Positions 56,591-64,000 of a stretch of 64,000 nucleotides of DNA are shown here, piece by piece. The translations under genes and the position numbers were made by a program. Each line of letters opens with the position of its first letter. Positions within the stretch are counted from its first letter, which is position 1. Source of the stretch: Candidatus Woesebacteria bacterium (lineage in GTDB: Bacteria; Patescibacteriota; Microgenomatia; UBA8517); NCBI GenBank assembly GCA_013426185.1, contig CP058602.1, positions 463,123-527,122 of the forward strand, given 5' to 3'. The notes beneath the pieces are model-generated. The model worked only from the letters and a program-made list of their open reading frames with translations. It was not told the origin of the DNA and ran no database searches.

Positions 56591-57352
56591 CTAAGTTATA
56601 ACCAAAGGACCCTGCGGGGTAACTGCCACAGACTCTTCAAAAAGCGCTGATATTTTACCATCTGCAGTGGAAATTGTCCACCCGTCTTTTTCAAGCACCA
56701 ATTGCTCGCGACCCATAACATATATAACCTCTATCGCAAGAACCATTCCTACTTTAATCTCAGGTGTGTCTTCACGACGGGCGTAAACAAAACCAGGGAT
56801 CTGAGGCTCTTCATGGAGCTTCCGTCCAACACCATGACCAAAAAGAGAGCGGACAGGACGATAGCCAGCCTTGTTAAGAGTTTCCTCTATTGCTTTGGAA
56901 ATATCAAATATCCTTCTTCCTGCTCTTGCGTTATCAATTGCCAAACTAAGAGCTTTTCGCCCAGCCTCCAAGAACTTCTCTTTTAGAGGGTCTTTGCCTA
57001 TCACTAAACTAAAAGAAGTATCGGTATGAAATCCCTTATAGATCAATCCTAAATCAACACTAACTAAATCATTCTTCTTGAAAATGACATCTTTCTTGGG
57101 GATACCGTGCACTATTCCCTCATTAACGTTAATACAAGTAGCCCAAGAATAACCAGGCACAGTTTTAAAGGAAGGTGTACCACCTCTTTTTAATATCTGC
57201 TTTTCCGCTTCTTCTTCAATTTCCCAAGCGGAAACTCCTTCTCTGACACGAGAAGCTAAAATATGTTTAACTTCTGACAATCTCTTACCACCCTCTTGCA
57301 TTATCTCTATCTCTCGTTTTGATTTAATGGGAATACCTTCAAAGTTTTTCAT
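56591..57352 (-). CDS. map: methionine aminopeptidase type I
   Basis: Pita-bread fold motifs; conserved operon position. Confidence 0.85.
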   Translation of the reverse strand: MKNFEGIPIKSKREIEIMQEGGKRLSEVKHILASRVREGVSAWEIEEEAEKQILKRGGTPSFKTVPGYSWATCINVNEGIVHGIPKKDVIFKKNDLVSVDLGLIYKGFHTDTSFSLVIGKDPLKEKFLEAGRKALSLAIDNARAGRRIFDISKAIEETLNKAGYRPVRSLFGHGVGRKLHEEPQIPGFVYARREDTPEIKVGMVLAIEVIYVMGREQLVLEKDGWTISTADGKISALFEESVAVTPQGPLVIT

Positions 57353-58002
57353 TTTGGAAAAATTCCTATTTTCTCTAATATCTCAGCTGTCACACCCTCA
57401 ATTTTAGCCTCACCGTTAACTTTAATAAAAAAATCTTCATTCCTGATAAAATCAACAAGGGGCAAGACATTTTTCTTGTACTCCTCAAACCTTCTTCTTA
57501 TAACCTCTTCTTTGTCATCCGCTCTTTGGAAAAGAGGCACCTGACAAACATCACAAATGGTATCTTTCTTAGGAGGATTAGTAATAAGATTATAGACCGA
57601 GCCGCACTTAGGGCAGACACGCCGCGAAGACAGTCTTTTAATCGATTCTTCCTCATCAACCTCAAGAAAAATTACCCAATCAATCTTTTTACCCCGACTT
57701 GCCATCCAATTCTTAAGAGCTTCAAACTGACCCACAAATCGAGGGTAACCGTCAAAAAGAATATCTTTTTCCAAAGGAACATTCTTTTCAAGATAATCAA
57801 AAACCAATTTTGTCATTTCTTCTTCAGGAATAAGCCTGCCCGAGTTAACTATTTCCTTAATTGAAGGGTTAGTCTTAGCTAGTTGACGGGAAAAGCCTCC
57901 AGCCTCAAAATAAAAAAGGTCGAGCCTTTCAGAAAGTATCTTTGACTGTGTGCCCTTTCCAGAACCAGGCAAACCTAAAATAATAATATTCATAATAGTC
58001 AA
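57349..58002 (-). CDS. adk: adenylate kinase (zinc-lid type)
   Basis: GLPGSGKGTQ; lid CPKCG...CDVC. Confidence 0.9.
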   Translation of the reverse strand: MTIMNIIILGLPGSGKGTQSKILSERLDLFYFEAGGFSRQLAKTNPSIKEIVNSGRLIPEEEMTKLVFDYLEKNVPLEKDILFDGYPRFVGQFEALKNWMASRGKKIDWVIFLEVDEEESIKRLSSRRVCPKCGSVYNLITNPPKKDTICDVCQVPLFQRADDKEEVIRRRFEEYKKNVLPLVDFIRNEDFFIKVNGEAKIEGVTAEILEKIGIFPK

Positions 58003-59285
58003 CTTCCTTCAAAAAAGCGGTCATATTTCTTCATCACAAGCTGTGATTCAAGCGACCTCATTACTTCAAGTACTACTGAGACTACGATCAGAACTCCCGT
58101 TCCACCTACTGCTAAATTGGAAACACCAAAAACACCTTGAACCAAAGAAGGCATAATAGCAACCAAACCCAAGAATATCGCACCCGCCAAGGTAATTTTG
58201 CCTAAAATATCGTTCAAGTAAGATACAGTTTGTGAGCCTGGTCTAATTCCTGGTATAAAACCTCCACTTTTTTGTAAATTTTCAGCAATCTTTTCAGGAT
58301 TAAAAATAACTGCAGTGTAAAAGAAGGTAAAACCAACAACCAAAGCAAAATAAACAAAATTGTACCAAAAGGAGCGAGGAGAAAAATCACTAATAAAGAA
58401 ATTGCCTAAAGCTTTTAGCCTAGGATCAGCTGCATTAACCAAAAACTGGCTTAACAAAGACGGCATCATCACCACCGAGACAGCAAAGATAATAGGAATA
58501 ACATTGGCTTGATTTAATCTTAAAGGCAAATAGGAAAAAGTTGTGCCTATCGCTCTTGATCTGCGCGAATAATTGATAGGAATCTTCCTTATAGCCTCAT
58601 TCATAAAGACAATCAGACCTATCACAAGAAGCAGGACAACAACAAAAGTAACTGTCTTTAGAAAATCCTGGACCTCAATGGTTGTCAGAGATTGACTCAC
58701 CACGACAGGAAGCCTGGCAATAATACCAGCAAAAATCAAGAAAGATACTCCGTTTGAAACACCGTACTCGGTAATTAAATCTCCAAGCCAAACTGCAAAG
58801 ACGCTGCCTGCTACCATAGTAATAATTAAAGCAGTAAGGTTTAGAGGATTAAGGCCTGTGATTACTCCCTGATTTTTAAGCAAAAGATACATTGCAAAAG
58901 CCTGAAATGATGCAAGAGGAAGTGTTAAATATCTCGTATAGCGATCAATTTGCTCTCGCCCATATTCACCTTCTTTACTTAATTCTTCCAATTTGGGAAT
59001 AACAACTTGCAAAAGCTGAACAATAATTGAGGCGCTGATATAAGGCCCAAGCCCCAAAGCCATAACAGAAAAGTTAACCAAGGTGCCTCCTGAGAAAACA
59101 TCCAAGAGAGAAAGAATAGGACTTGAAACAAATAAGTTCTTAAGAAGGGTAGTGTCTATTCCTGCAGCCGGAATATGAGCCGAAAGTCTAAAAAAGAAAA
59201 GAACTAAAGCTGTAATCAAGAGCTTTTTCCTGATATCAGGTTGCTTAAATGCGCTTGCAAAAAATTGGAATAAAGAGGAAAACAT
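57999..59285 (-). CDS. secY: preprotein translocase subunit SecY
   Basis: 10-TM SecY sequence; operon position. Confidence 0.9.
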   Translation of the reverse strand: MFSSLFQFFASAFKQPDIRKKLLITALVLFFFRLSAHIPAAGIDTTLLKNLFVSSPILSLLDVFSGGTLVNFSVMALGLGPYISASIIVQLLQVVIPKLEELSKEGEYGREQIDRYTRYLTLPLASFQAFAMYLLLKNQGVITGLNPLNLTALIITMVAGSVFAVWLGDLITEYGVSNGVSFLIFAGIIARLPVVVSQSLTTIEVQDFLKTVTFVVVLLLVIGLIVFMNEAIRKIPINYSRRSRAIGTTFSYLPLRLNQANVIPIIFAVSVVMMPSLLSQFLVNAADPRLKALGNFFISDFSPRSFWYNFVYFALVVGFTFFYTAVIFNPEKIAENLQKSGGFIPGIRPGSQTVSYLNDILGKITLAGAIFLGLVAIMPSLVQGVFGVSNLAVGGTGVLIVVSVVLEVMRSLESQLVMKKYDRFFEGS

Positions 59286-59312
59286 CTTTACTTAATTATT
59301 AAAATTTTACAA

Positions 59313-59744
59313 CTATTTCTTTGCCAATGCCTCAATCTGTTTTAAGACAGAGGCAGTAGTAGGCAGTTTAACAACTAGTTTCTTCTCTAACTTGCCTCCT
59401 CCAACAATCTTTATACCTCTTTTTTTAGCATCAGATTTCTTAACAATACCTTTTTCGATAAGTAATTTTTCATCTACAACTGAATTTTCAGGAAAAACAT
59501 TAAGGGAAGATACTTTGATAGCAATAGGCTTGATCAATGGTTTTAATTTTCCCTTACCTCTCAAAACTGGCAATCTCTTGATAAAAGACTTCTTTACTTT
59601 TACACCCTCAAAAATAATGCCTATTTTTCCACGAGTTTTCTGCCCCTTCTGACCACGGCTTGAGGTGTGACCACCTTTTCCGCTACCGTAGCCTCGACCC
59701 AATCTCTTTTTTCTTTTTTCAACTATTTTAACTTTTTTTAACAT
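59313..59744 (-). CDS. rplO: 50S ribosomal protein L15
   Basis: KRLGRGYGSGKGGHTSSRGQKGQ; start likely MLKKVKI. Confidence 0.85.
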   Translation of the reverse strand: MLKKVKIVEKRKKRLGRGYGSGKGGHTSSRGQKGQKTRGKIGIIFEGVKVKKSFIKRLPVLRGKGKLKPLIKPIAIKVSSLNVFPENSVVDEKLLIEKGIVKKSDAKKRGIKIVGGGKLEKKLVVKLPTTASVLKQIEALAKK

Positions 59745-59745
59745 A

Positions 59746-60237
59746 TTATTTACGTTTCTTAGCTTCAAGACTAGCCAGGGATTTCAAAGCTTCGATTGTT
59801 GCATAGACATTAGAGATTTTATTTTTTGTTCCCAAAATTTTACCCACAGCATCACGCACACCAACTGCATCTAAGACCACACGAATAGCACCACCTGCAA
59901 TGATACCAGATCCGGGAGGTGCAGGCTTCAAAAGAATTTTAGCTGCCGAAAACTTCTGCGAAATACTAAAAGGAATTGTCGTTCCTGAAAGAGGAACTTT
60001 GACCATCTTTCTTTTTGCTGACTCAAAAGCTTTCCTAATCGCGCTTCTTACATCAGCCGCTTTTGCCAAACCTACCCCCACTTTTCCTTTTTTGTCGCCC
60101 ACCACAACCAAAGCAGAAAACCTAATCTGATTGCCTCCTTTGGTTTTTTTGGAAATTCTTCTAATTTCAATCACCGTCTCGGACAAATCTTGAACTCCCT
60201 CAACTATCAATTCTTTCTTTAAGTCAGGGTCCACCAT
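59746..60237 (-). CDS. rpsE: 30S ribosomal protein S5
   Basis: S5 dsRBD and C-terminal motifs; no L30 gene between S5 and L15. Confidence 0.9.
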   Translation of the reverse strand: MVDPDLKKELIVEGVQDLSETVIEIRRISKKTKGGNQIRFSALVVVGDKKGKVGVGLAKAADVRSAIRKAFESAKRKMVKVPLSGTTIPFSISQKFSAAKILLKPAPPGSGIIAGGAIRVVLDAVGVRDAVGKILGTKNKISNVYATIEALKSLASLEAKKRK

Positions 60238-60554
60238 TAGAACTCTAAACCTCCTTTCCTTGCGCCTTCTGCTAAAGCCTTAATTCTGCCAAGATAGCGA
60301 TAATTATTTCTATCAAAAGAAACCTTCTTAATCTTTTTCTTAAGTGCCATGCAAGCTATTTCCTCACCCAAAGCGAAAGCAGCTTGGGTTTTAGTTCCTT
60401 TTGTCTTCAAAGATAAAGTAGAAATACCAACTAAAGTCTTACCAGACAAATCATCAATAATCTGAGCAAAGATATTCTTATTGGAACGACTAACCACCAA
60501 TCTTGGCCTTTCTTTGGTTCCTATAATTTTGTTTTTTCTGGTTTTTCTTCTCAT
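60237..60554 (-). CDS. rplR: 50S ribosomal protein L18
   Basis: [19 protein letters not shown]. Confidence 0.9.
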   Translation of the reverse strand: MRRKTRKNKIIGTKERPRLVVSRSNKNIFAQIIDDLSGKTLVGISTLSLKTKGTKTQAAFALGEEIACMALKKKIKKVSFDRNNYRYLGRIKALAEGARKGGLEF

Positions 60555-60558
60555 ATTA

Positions 60559-61101
60559 TTAAGCTTGAGCTTTGGCAGCCTTACCAGCTTTCCTTCTTAC
60601 AACCTCATCAACATACTTAATCCCTTTGCCCTTATAAGGTTCTGGTGGTCTAAAAGACCTAATTTTGGCTGCAATTTGCCCCACCTTTTCCTTATCTATT
60701 CCTTCAATTGTAATGATATTTTTCTCTACTTTAAACGAAATACCCTCAGGCGCTTCTACTTCAATTGGATGAGAATAACCAACATTAATAATTAATTTGC
60801 CACCTGATGCCTCAGCTCTATAACCTGTTCCCACAAGTTCCAATTGTTTTGACCATCCTTCAGAAACTCCCTTGACCATATTAAAAACAAGGGACCTAAA
60901 AGTACCATGCAACACTCGTGTCCTTTCATTTATAACCTCAGGCTCAACCAAAGCCTGCTTTCCGTCAACTCTTACCATTATTTTGTCAGGTAAAACAAGC
61001 TCTAAACTGCCTCTAGGACCCACAACTTTAATTTTCTTTCGTCCCATCTCAAACTGAACATTGTCAGGTAAATTTATTGGTTGTTTTCCTATCTTGCTCA
61101 T
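60559..61101 (-). CDS. rplF: 50S ribosomal protein L6
   Basis: MSKIGKQPI... Confidence 0.9.
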   Translation of the reverse strand: MSKIGKQPINLPDNVQFEMGRKKIKVVGPRGSLELVLPDKIMVRVDGKQALVEPEVINERTRVLHGTFRSLVFNMVKGVSEGWSKQLELVGTGYRAEASGGKLIINVGYSHPIEVEAPEGISFKVEKNIITIEGIDKEKVGQIAAKIRSFRPPEPYKGKGIKYVDEVVRRKAGKAAKAQA

Positions 61102-61105
61102 AATT

Positions 61106-61489
61106 TTATAAGACCTCAGCTATTACTTCCCCTCCCAAACCTTCTTTCAAAGCTTCTTTGGAAGATAAGATCCCCTTGGAAGTTGAAAGAAGTAATACGG
61201 CCGGAGAACGATATTCCTTAAGCTTCTTTAAATCCCAATAAACTCTAAGGCTTGGTTTTGAAACTAACTTTATATCACTTAAAATAGGAGCCTTTTTCTT
61301 GTAAGCTAAAGAAACAAAAAGCAAGCCATCTTTAGGCTCAACAGATGACAAAAACCCAAGCTTAAGCAAAGCTTCAGCTACCGCTTTGGTCATTTTACTT
61401 TCTTTTACCTCAACAGTTTTCTTGTTTGCCAAAGCAGCATTTTTAATTGTTATCAAAAAATCTCCAACTGTATAATTTGTTTGTCTCAT
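61106..61489 (-). CDS. rpsH: 30S ribosomal protein S8
   Basis: DFLITIKNA... Confidence 0.9.
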   Translation of the reverse strand: MRQTNYTVGDFLITIKNAALANKKTVEVKESKMTKAVAEALLKLGFLSSVEPKDGLLFVSLAYKKKAPILSDIKLVSKPSLRVYWDLKKLKEYRSPAVLLLSTSKGILSSKEALKEGLGGEVIAEVL

Positions 61490-61490
61490 A

Positions 61491-61676
61491 TTACCAACTT
61501 GCTTTCTTAACTCCAGGCAAATTGCCTTTCATAGCTTCTTCTCTAAAACAAAGGCGGCAGAGACCATATTTTCTCATATAACCTTGTTGTCTTCCACACA
61601 AACTACAACGGTTGCGATAACGCACCTTATACTTTAATTTTTTCTTTTCTCTAACCTCTTTTGCTTTCGTTGCCAT
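61491..61676 (-). CDS. rpsN: 30S ribosomal protein S14 type Z (zinc)
   Basis: 61 aa, CSLCGR...CRLCFR. Confidence 0.9.
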   Translation of the reverse strand: MATKAKEVREKKKLKYKVRYRNRCSLCGRQQGYMRKYGLCRLCFREEAMKGNLPGVKKASW

Positions 61677-61679
61677 ATC

Positions 61680-62225
61680 TTAACCTTTCTTCTCAAAAGG
61701 CATACCCAAAAGCTCCAAAAACCTTTTGGAAATTTCTTTATCTTTGGTTGTTGTCACAATAGTTATTTCAAAACCAAAAGGCTTATTGACTTTTGTCACA
61801 TCAATCTCAGGAAAAATAGTAAAATCAGGCAATCCTAACGTATAATTGCCTTCTTTGTCAAAGGCATCAAGTGGAATACCTCTAAAATCGTTCAAGCGAG
61901 GCAAGACAATAGCAAATAGCCTCTCTAAGAAACTCCAAGCTCTTTCACCTCGAAGAGTGCATTTTAAGCCAACAGGAGCTCCCTTTCTTACCCCAAAAGC
62001 AGAAACAGAAATTCTAGCCTTCCTGATTGACGGCTTTTGACCTGTAATTATAGCCAAATCTTTTGCCCAAGATTCAATTAGGTCTTTGCTCTTAAGAGCT
62101 TCACCGGCACCAACATTTACAACCACTTTCTCAATAGTAGGCACAGCCAGAGGATTCTTAATCTTAAATTCCTCCATTAATTTGCCAACCACTTCCTTTT
62201 TATATTTATCTTCTAAAATTCCCAT
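61680..62225 (-). CDS. rplE: 50S ribosomal protein L5
   Basis: Conserved L5 sequence. Confidence 0.9.
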   Translation of the reverse strand: MGILEDKYKKEVVGKLMEEFKIKNPLAVPTIEKVVVNVGAGEALKSKDLIESWAKDLAIITGQKPSIRKARISVSAFGVRKGAPVGLKCTLRGERAWSFLERLFAIVLPRLNDFRGIPLDAFDKEGNYTLGLPDFTIFPEIDVTKVNKPFGFEITIVTTTKDKEISKRFLELLGMPFEKKG

Positions 62226-62226
62226 A

Positions 62227-62538
62227 TTAATCTATTTGAATTTTACATTCTTTACAAAATCTATATTTTTTACCATCAACAATCTTAAAACCCACCCTTG
62301 TTTCCTTGTGACATTTTGGACAAATAAGCATCAATTTTGATAAATCAATAGGCCTTGGCACCTCATAGATACCAGCCTTTTGTTCTCCTCCGCCTTTGAC
62401 ATGACGCTTATAGACATTAATACCTGAAACAATAGCTTTTTTCTCTTTAGGCAAAATTTTCTCAATATCCCCCTCCCGGCCTTTATCTTTGCCAGCTATA
62501 ACTTTAACCTTGTCTTTCAATTTAAATTTAAGTGCCAT
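62227..62538 (-). CDS. rplX: 50S ribosomal protein L24 with C-terminal Cys4 zinc-ribbon variant
   Basis: KOW VKVIAGKDKGREG; C-terminus CPKCHKETRVGFKIVDGKKYRFCKECK. Confidence 0.85.
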   Translation of the reverse strand: MALKFKLKDKVKVIAGKDKGREGDIEKILPKEKKAIVSGINVYKRHVKGGGEQKAGIYEVPRPIDLSKLMLICPKCHKETRVGFKIVDGKKYRFCKECKIQID

Positions 62539-62540
62539 AA

Positions 62541-62906
62541 TTAAACAACCTCACGGGCAAGCGAGGCAATTTTGGTATATCCCAAATCTTTTATCTCCTT
62601 TGCTATCGGGCCCAAAATCCTTGACCCTCTTGGCAATCCTTGTTTATCAATCACAACCCCAGCATTATCATCAAAGCGAACGCAGGTCCCATCTTTTCTC
62701 CTAATTTCTTTTTTTGTTCTAACAATCAAAACACGCACTTTCTCCTTGTCAGCTACAATACCATTAGGATCAGCACCTTTGACAACACAATTAACCACAT
62801 CCCCAACTGTAGCTTTATCGCCAATCTTAGATGACATTCCAATGACCATCAACTTTTTGGCGCCAGAATTATCGGCAGGATTAAGAACTGTTCTTAACTG
62901 TATCAT
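62541..62906 (-). CDS. rplN: 50S ribosomal protein L14
   Basis: [18 protein letters not shown]. Confidence 0.9.
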   Translation of the reverse strand: MIQLRTVLNPADNSGAKKLMVIGMSSKIGDKATVGDVVNCVVKGADPNGIVADKEKVRVLIVRTKKEIRRKDGTCVRFDDNAGVVIDKQGLPRGSRILGPIAKEIKDLGYTKIASLAREVV

Positions 62907-63193
62907 TTTTTAGCCTCCTTCTTAACCTTTTTCTCCTTAAGATTATTCTTTTTTATTCCACTATCCTTACCCAAAATTTTAACTATCTTCCATTTTTTTA
63001 GATGGCTATAAGGGCGAGAAGGAACAAACCAGACAGTATCACCCACCTGTGTTTCCATCTCATCGTGAACATGATATTTTTTAATCCTCTTGAATTTTTT
63101 GCCATAGACAGGATGCGTTACTACACGCTCTACCGCTACTGTCGCTGTCTTTAACATCTTTTTGGCTATAACTTTTCCAGTAAAAGTTTTCAT
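62903..63193 (-). CDS. rpsQ: 30S ribosomal protein S17
   Basis: Conserved S17 OB-fold sequence. Confidence 0.85.
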   Translation of the reverse strand: MKTFTGKVIAKKMLKTATVAVERVVTHPVYGKKFKRIKKYHVHDEMETQVGDTVWFVPSRPYSHLKKWKIVKILGKDSGIKKNNLKEKKVKKEAKK

Positions 63194-63195
63194 AT

Positions 63196-63420
63196 CTATT
63201 TCTTATTTTCAGACAATTTTTCAAATATCTCTTTTTCTCTAATTAAAGTCAAGAGCTGGGCTATATCTTTCTTTAAATTTTTCAAAAGACTCGTATTTTT
63301 GATTTTACCAGCCTTGAGTTTAGCATAAGAAAGAGTTAACTCTTCTTTTTTGCTCTTAACTAAACTGACTAGCTCAGGCAAGGTCTTTTTGCGAATAAGC
63401 TTTAAATCATTCTTTTTCAT
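63196..63420 (-). CDS. rpmC: 50S ribosomal protein L29
   Basis: Position and size; helical L29. Confidence 0.8.
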   Translation of the reverse strand: MKKNDLKLIRKKTLPELVSLVKSKKEELTLSYAKLKAGKIKNTSLLKNLKKDIAQLLTLIREKEIFEKLSENKK

Positions 63421-63422
63421 AA

Positions 63423-63833
63423 TTACTCCTCCTTTTTGATCATTTTTGTCTTAAACGGCATTTTTGCCGATACTTTTTCAAAAGCATTTCTTACTACTTC
63501 CTCAGGCATTCCTGCGACCTCATAAAGTATTCTTCCCGGCTTGACCACAGCCACATAATGACTTATATCACCTTTTCCTCCTCCCATTCTCTGACCCGCA
63601 GCTCTTGAGGTTACAGGCTTATCTGGAAAAACCCTAATCCAGACCTTACCACCTCTTTTGATGCTATGAGTAATTACTCTTCTGCCTGCCTTAATTTGGT
63701 TACTCGTCAACCAAGCTCTCCCCAATGCCTTAAGCGCATATTCGCCAAAAGCAATTTCAGAAGCTTGGGTTGAAACCCCCTTCCTTCTGCCTCTAAAGTC
63801 TTTTCTGTATTTTCTTCTTTTTGGTTGTAACAT
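63423..63833 (-). CDS. rplP: 50S ribosomal protein L16
   Basis: MLQPKRRKYRK... Confidence 0.9.
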   Translation of the reverse strand: MLQPKRRKYRKDFRGRRKGVSTQASEIAFGEYALKALGRAWLTSNQIKAGRRVITHSIKRGGKVWIRVFPDKPVTSRAAGQRMGGGKGDISHYVAVVKPGRILYEVAGMPEEVVRNAFEKVSAKMPFKTKMIKKEE

Positions 63834-64000
63834 TTTATCTCTCCTTCTTCTTGTGAATATAAACTTTTACTCCCACATAACCCTTTTTGGGCAAAGCAGG
63901 AACTTGTGCATAATCTATATTTTCCCTTAAAGTTTGTGTTGGGACCGAGCCTAAATGATACTTTTCCACTCTTGAAATATCAGCTCCTTCAATTCTTCCT
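63830..64000 (-). CDS. rpsC: 30S ribosomal protein S3 (C-terminal part; gene continues beyond the window)
   Basis: Operon position after L16; open frame to the window edge. Confidence 0.6.

Noticed and set aside
1-64000. CRISPR array search
   Set aside because: No run of regularly spaced identical 25-40 bp repeats was seen anywhere; the only short repeat families are the GTAGGAAA motifs, the int-proximal 9-mers and the hairpin clusters.

Overview
The window has two parts. Positions 1 to about 40.1 kb are a temperate-phage genome, about 45-55% GC by eye, that runs past the left edge; almost all of its genes are on the + strand. In order it carries: an early recombination and replication module (Rad52/Sak-like SSAP, winged-helix replication protein, Ros/MucR zinc-finger protein, VRR-NUC-like nuclease, ParB-nuclease::DNA-methyltransferase fusion); packaging genes (TerS candidate, GpA-type TerL); a promoter- and terminator-bracketed moron block of secreted or membrane proteins, including a staphylococcal-nuclease homologue with an Excalibur-like tail; portal; scaffold; major capsid; a tail and baseplate module (a virion-associated PGRP/Amidase_2 protein with a four-fold repeated novel domain, a repeat-rich fibre, and a 1795-aa giant protein); lysis genes; an AbrB-like regulator; and a tyrosine integrase on the - strand. 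The integrase sits 162 bp from a comM-like gene that is cut off just after its Walker B motif, so the phage is most likely inserted in comM. Positions 40.2 to 64 kb are AT-rich host chromosome, about 30-38% GC, all on the - strand except tRNA-Pro and a mazG-like gene. It encodes an unannotated RNase P RNA (rnpB), an AI-2E transporter, miaA, an ABC-2 transporter operon with a paired palindromic operator, hup, a polysaccharide deacetylase, rny, recX, recA, tRNA-Pro(GGG), a mazG-like gene, and the L13-S9 / alpha / spc / S10 ribosomal-protein cluster. That cluster lacks L30 and uses zinc-ribbon (C+) forms of S14, L36 and apparently L24, which is consistent with a Patescibacteria/CPR-type host. No CRISPR array and no reverse transcriptase or DGR were seen. 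All calls are made by eye from the sequence and the ORF track; no searches were run.
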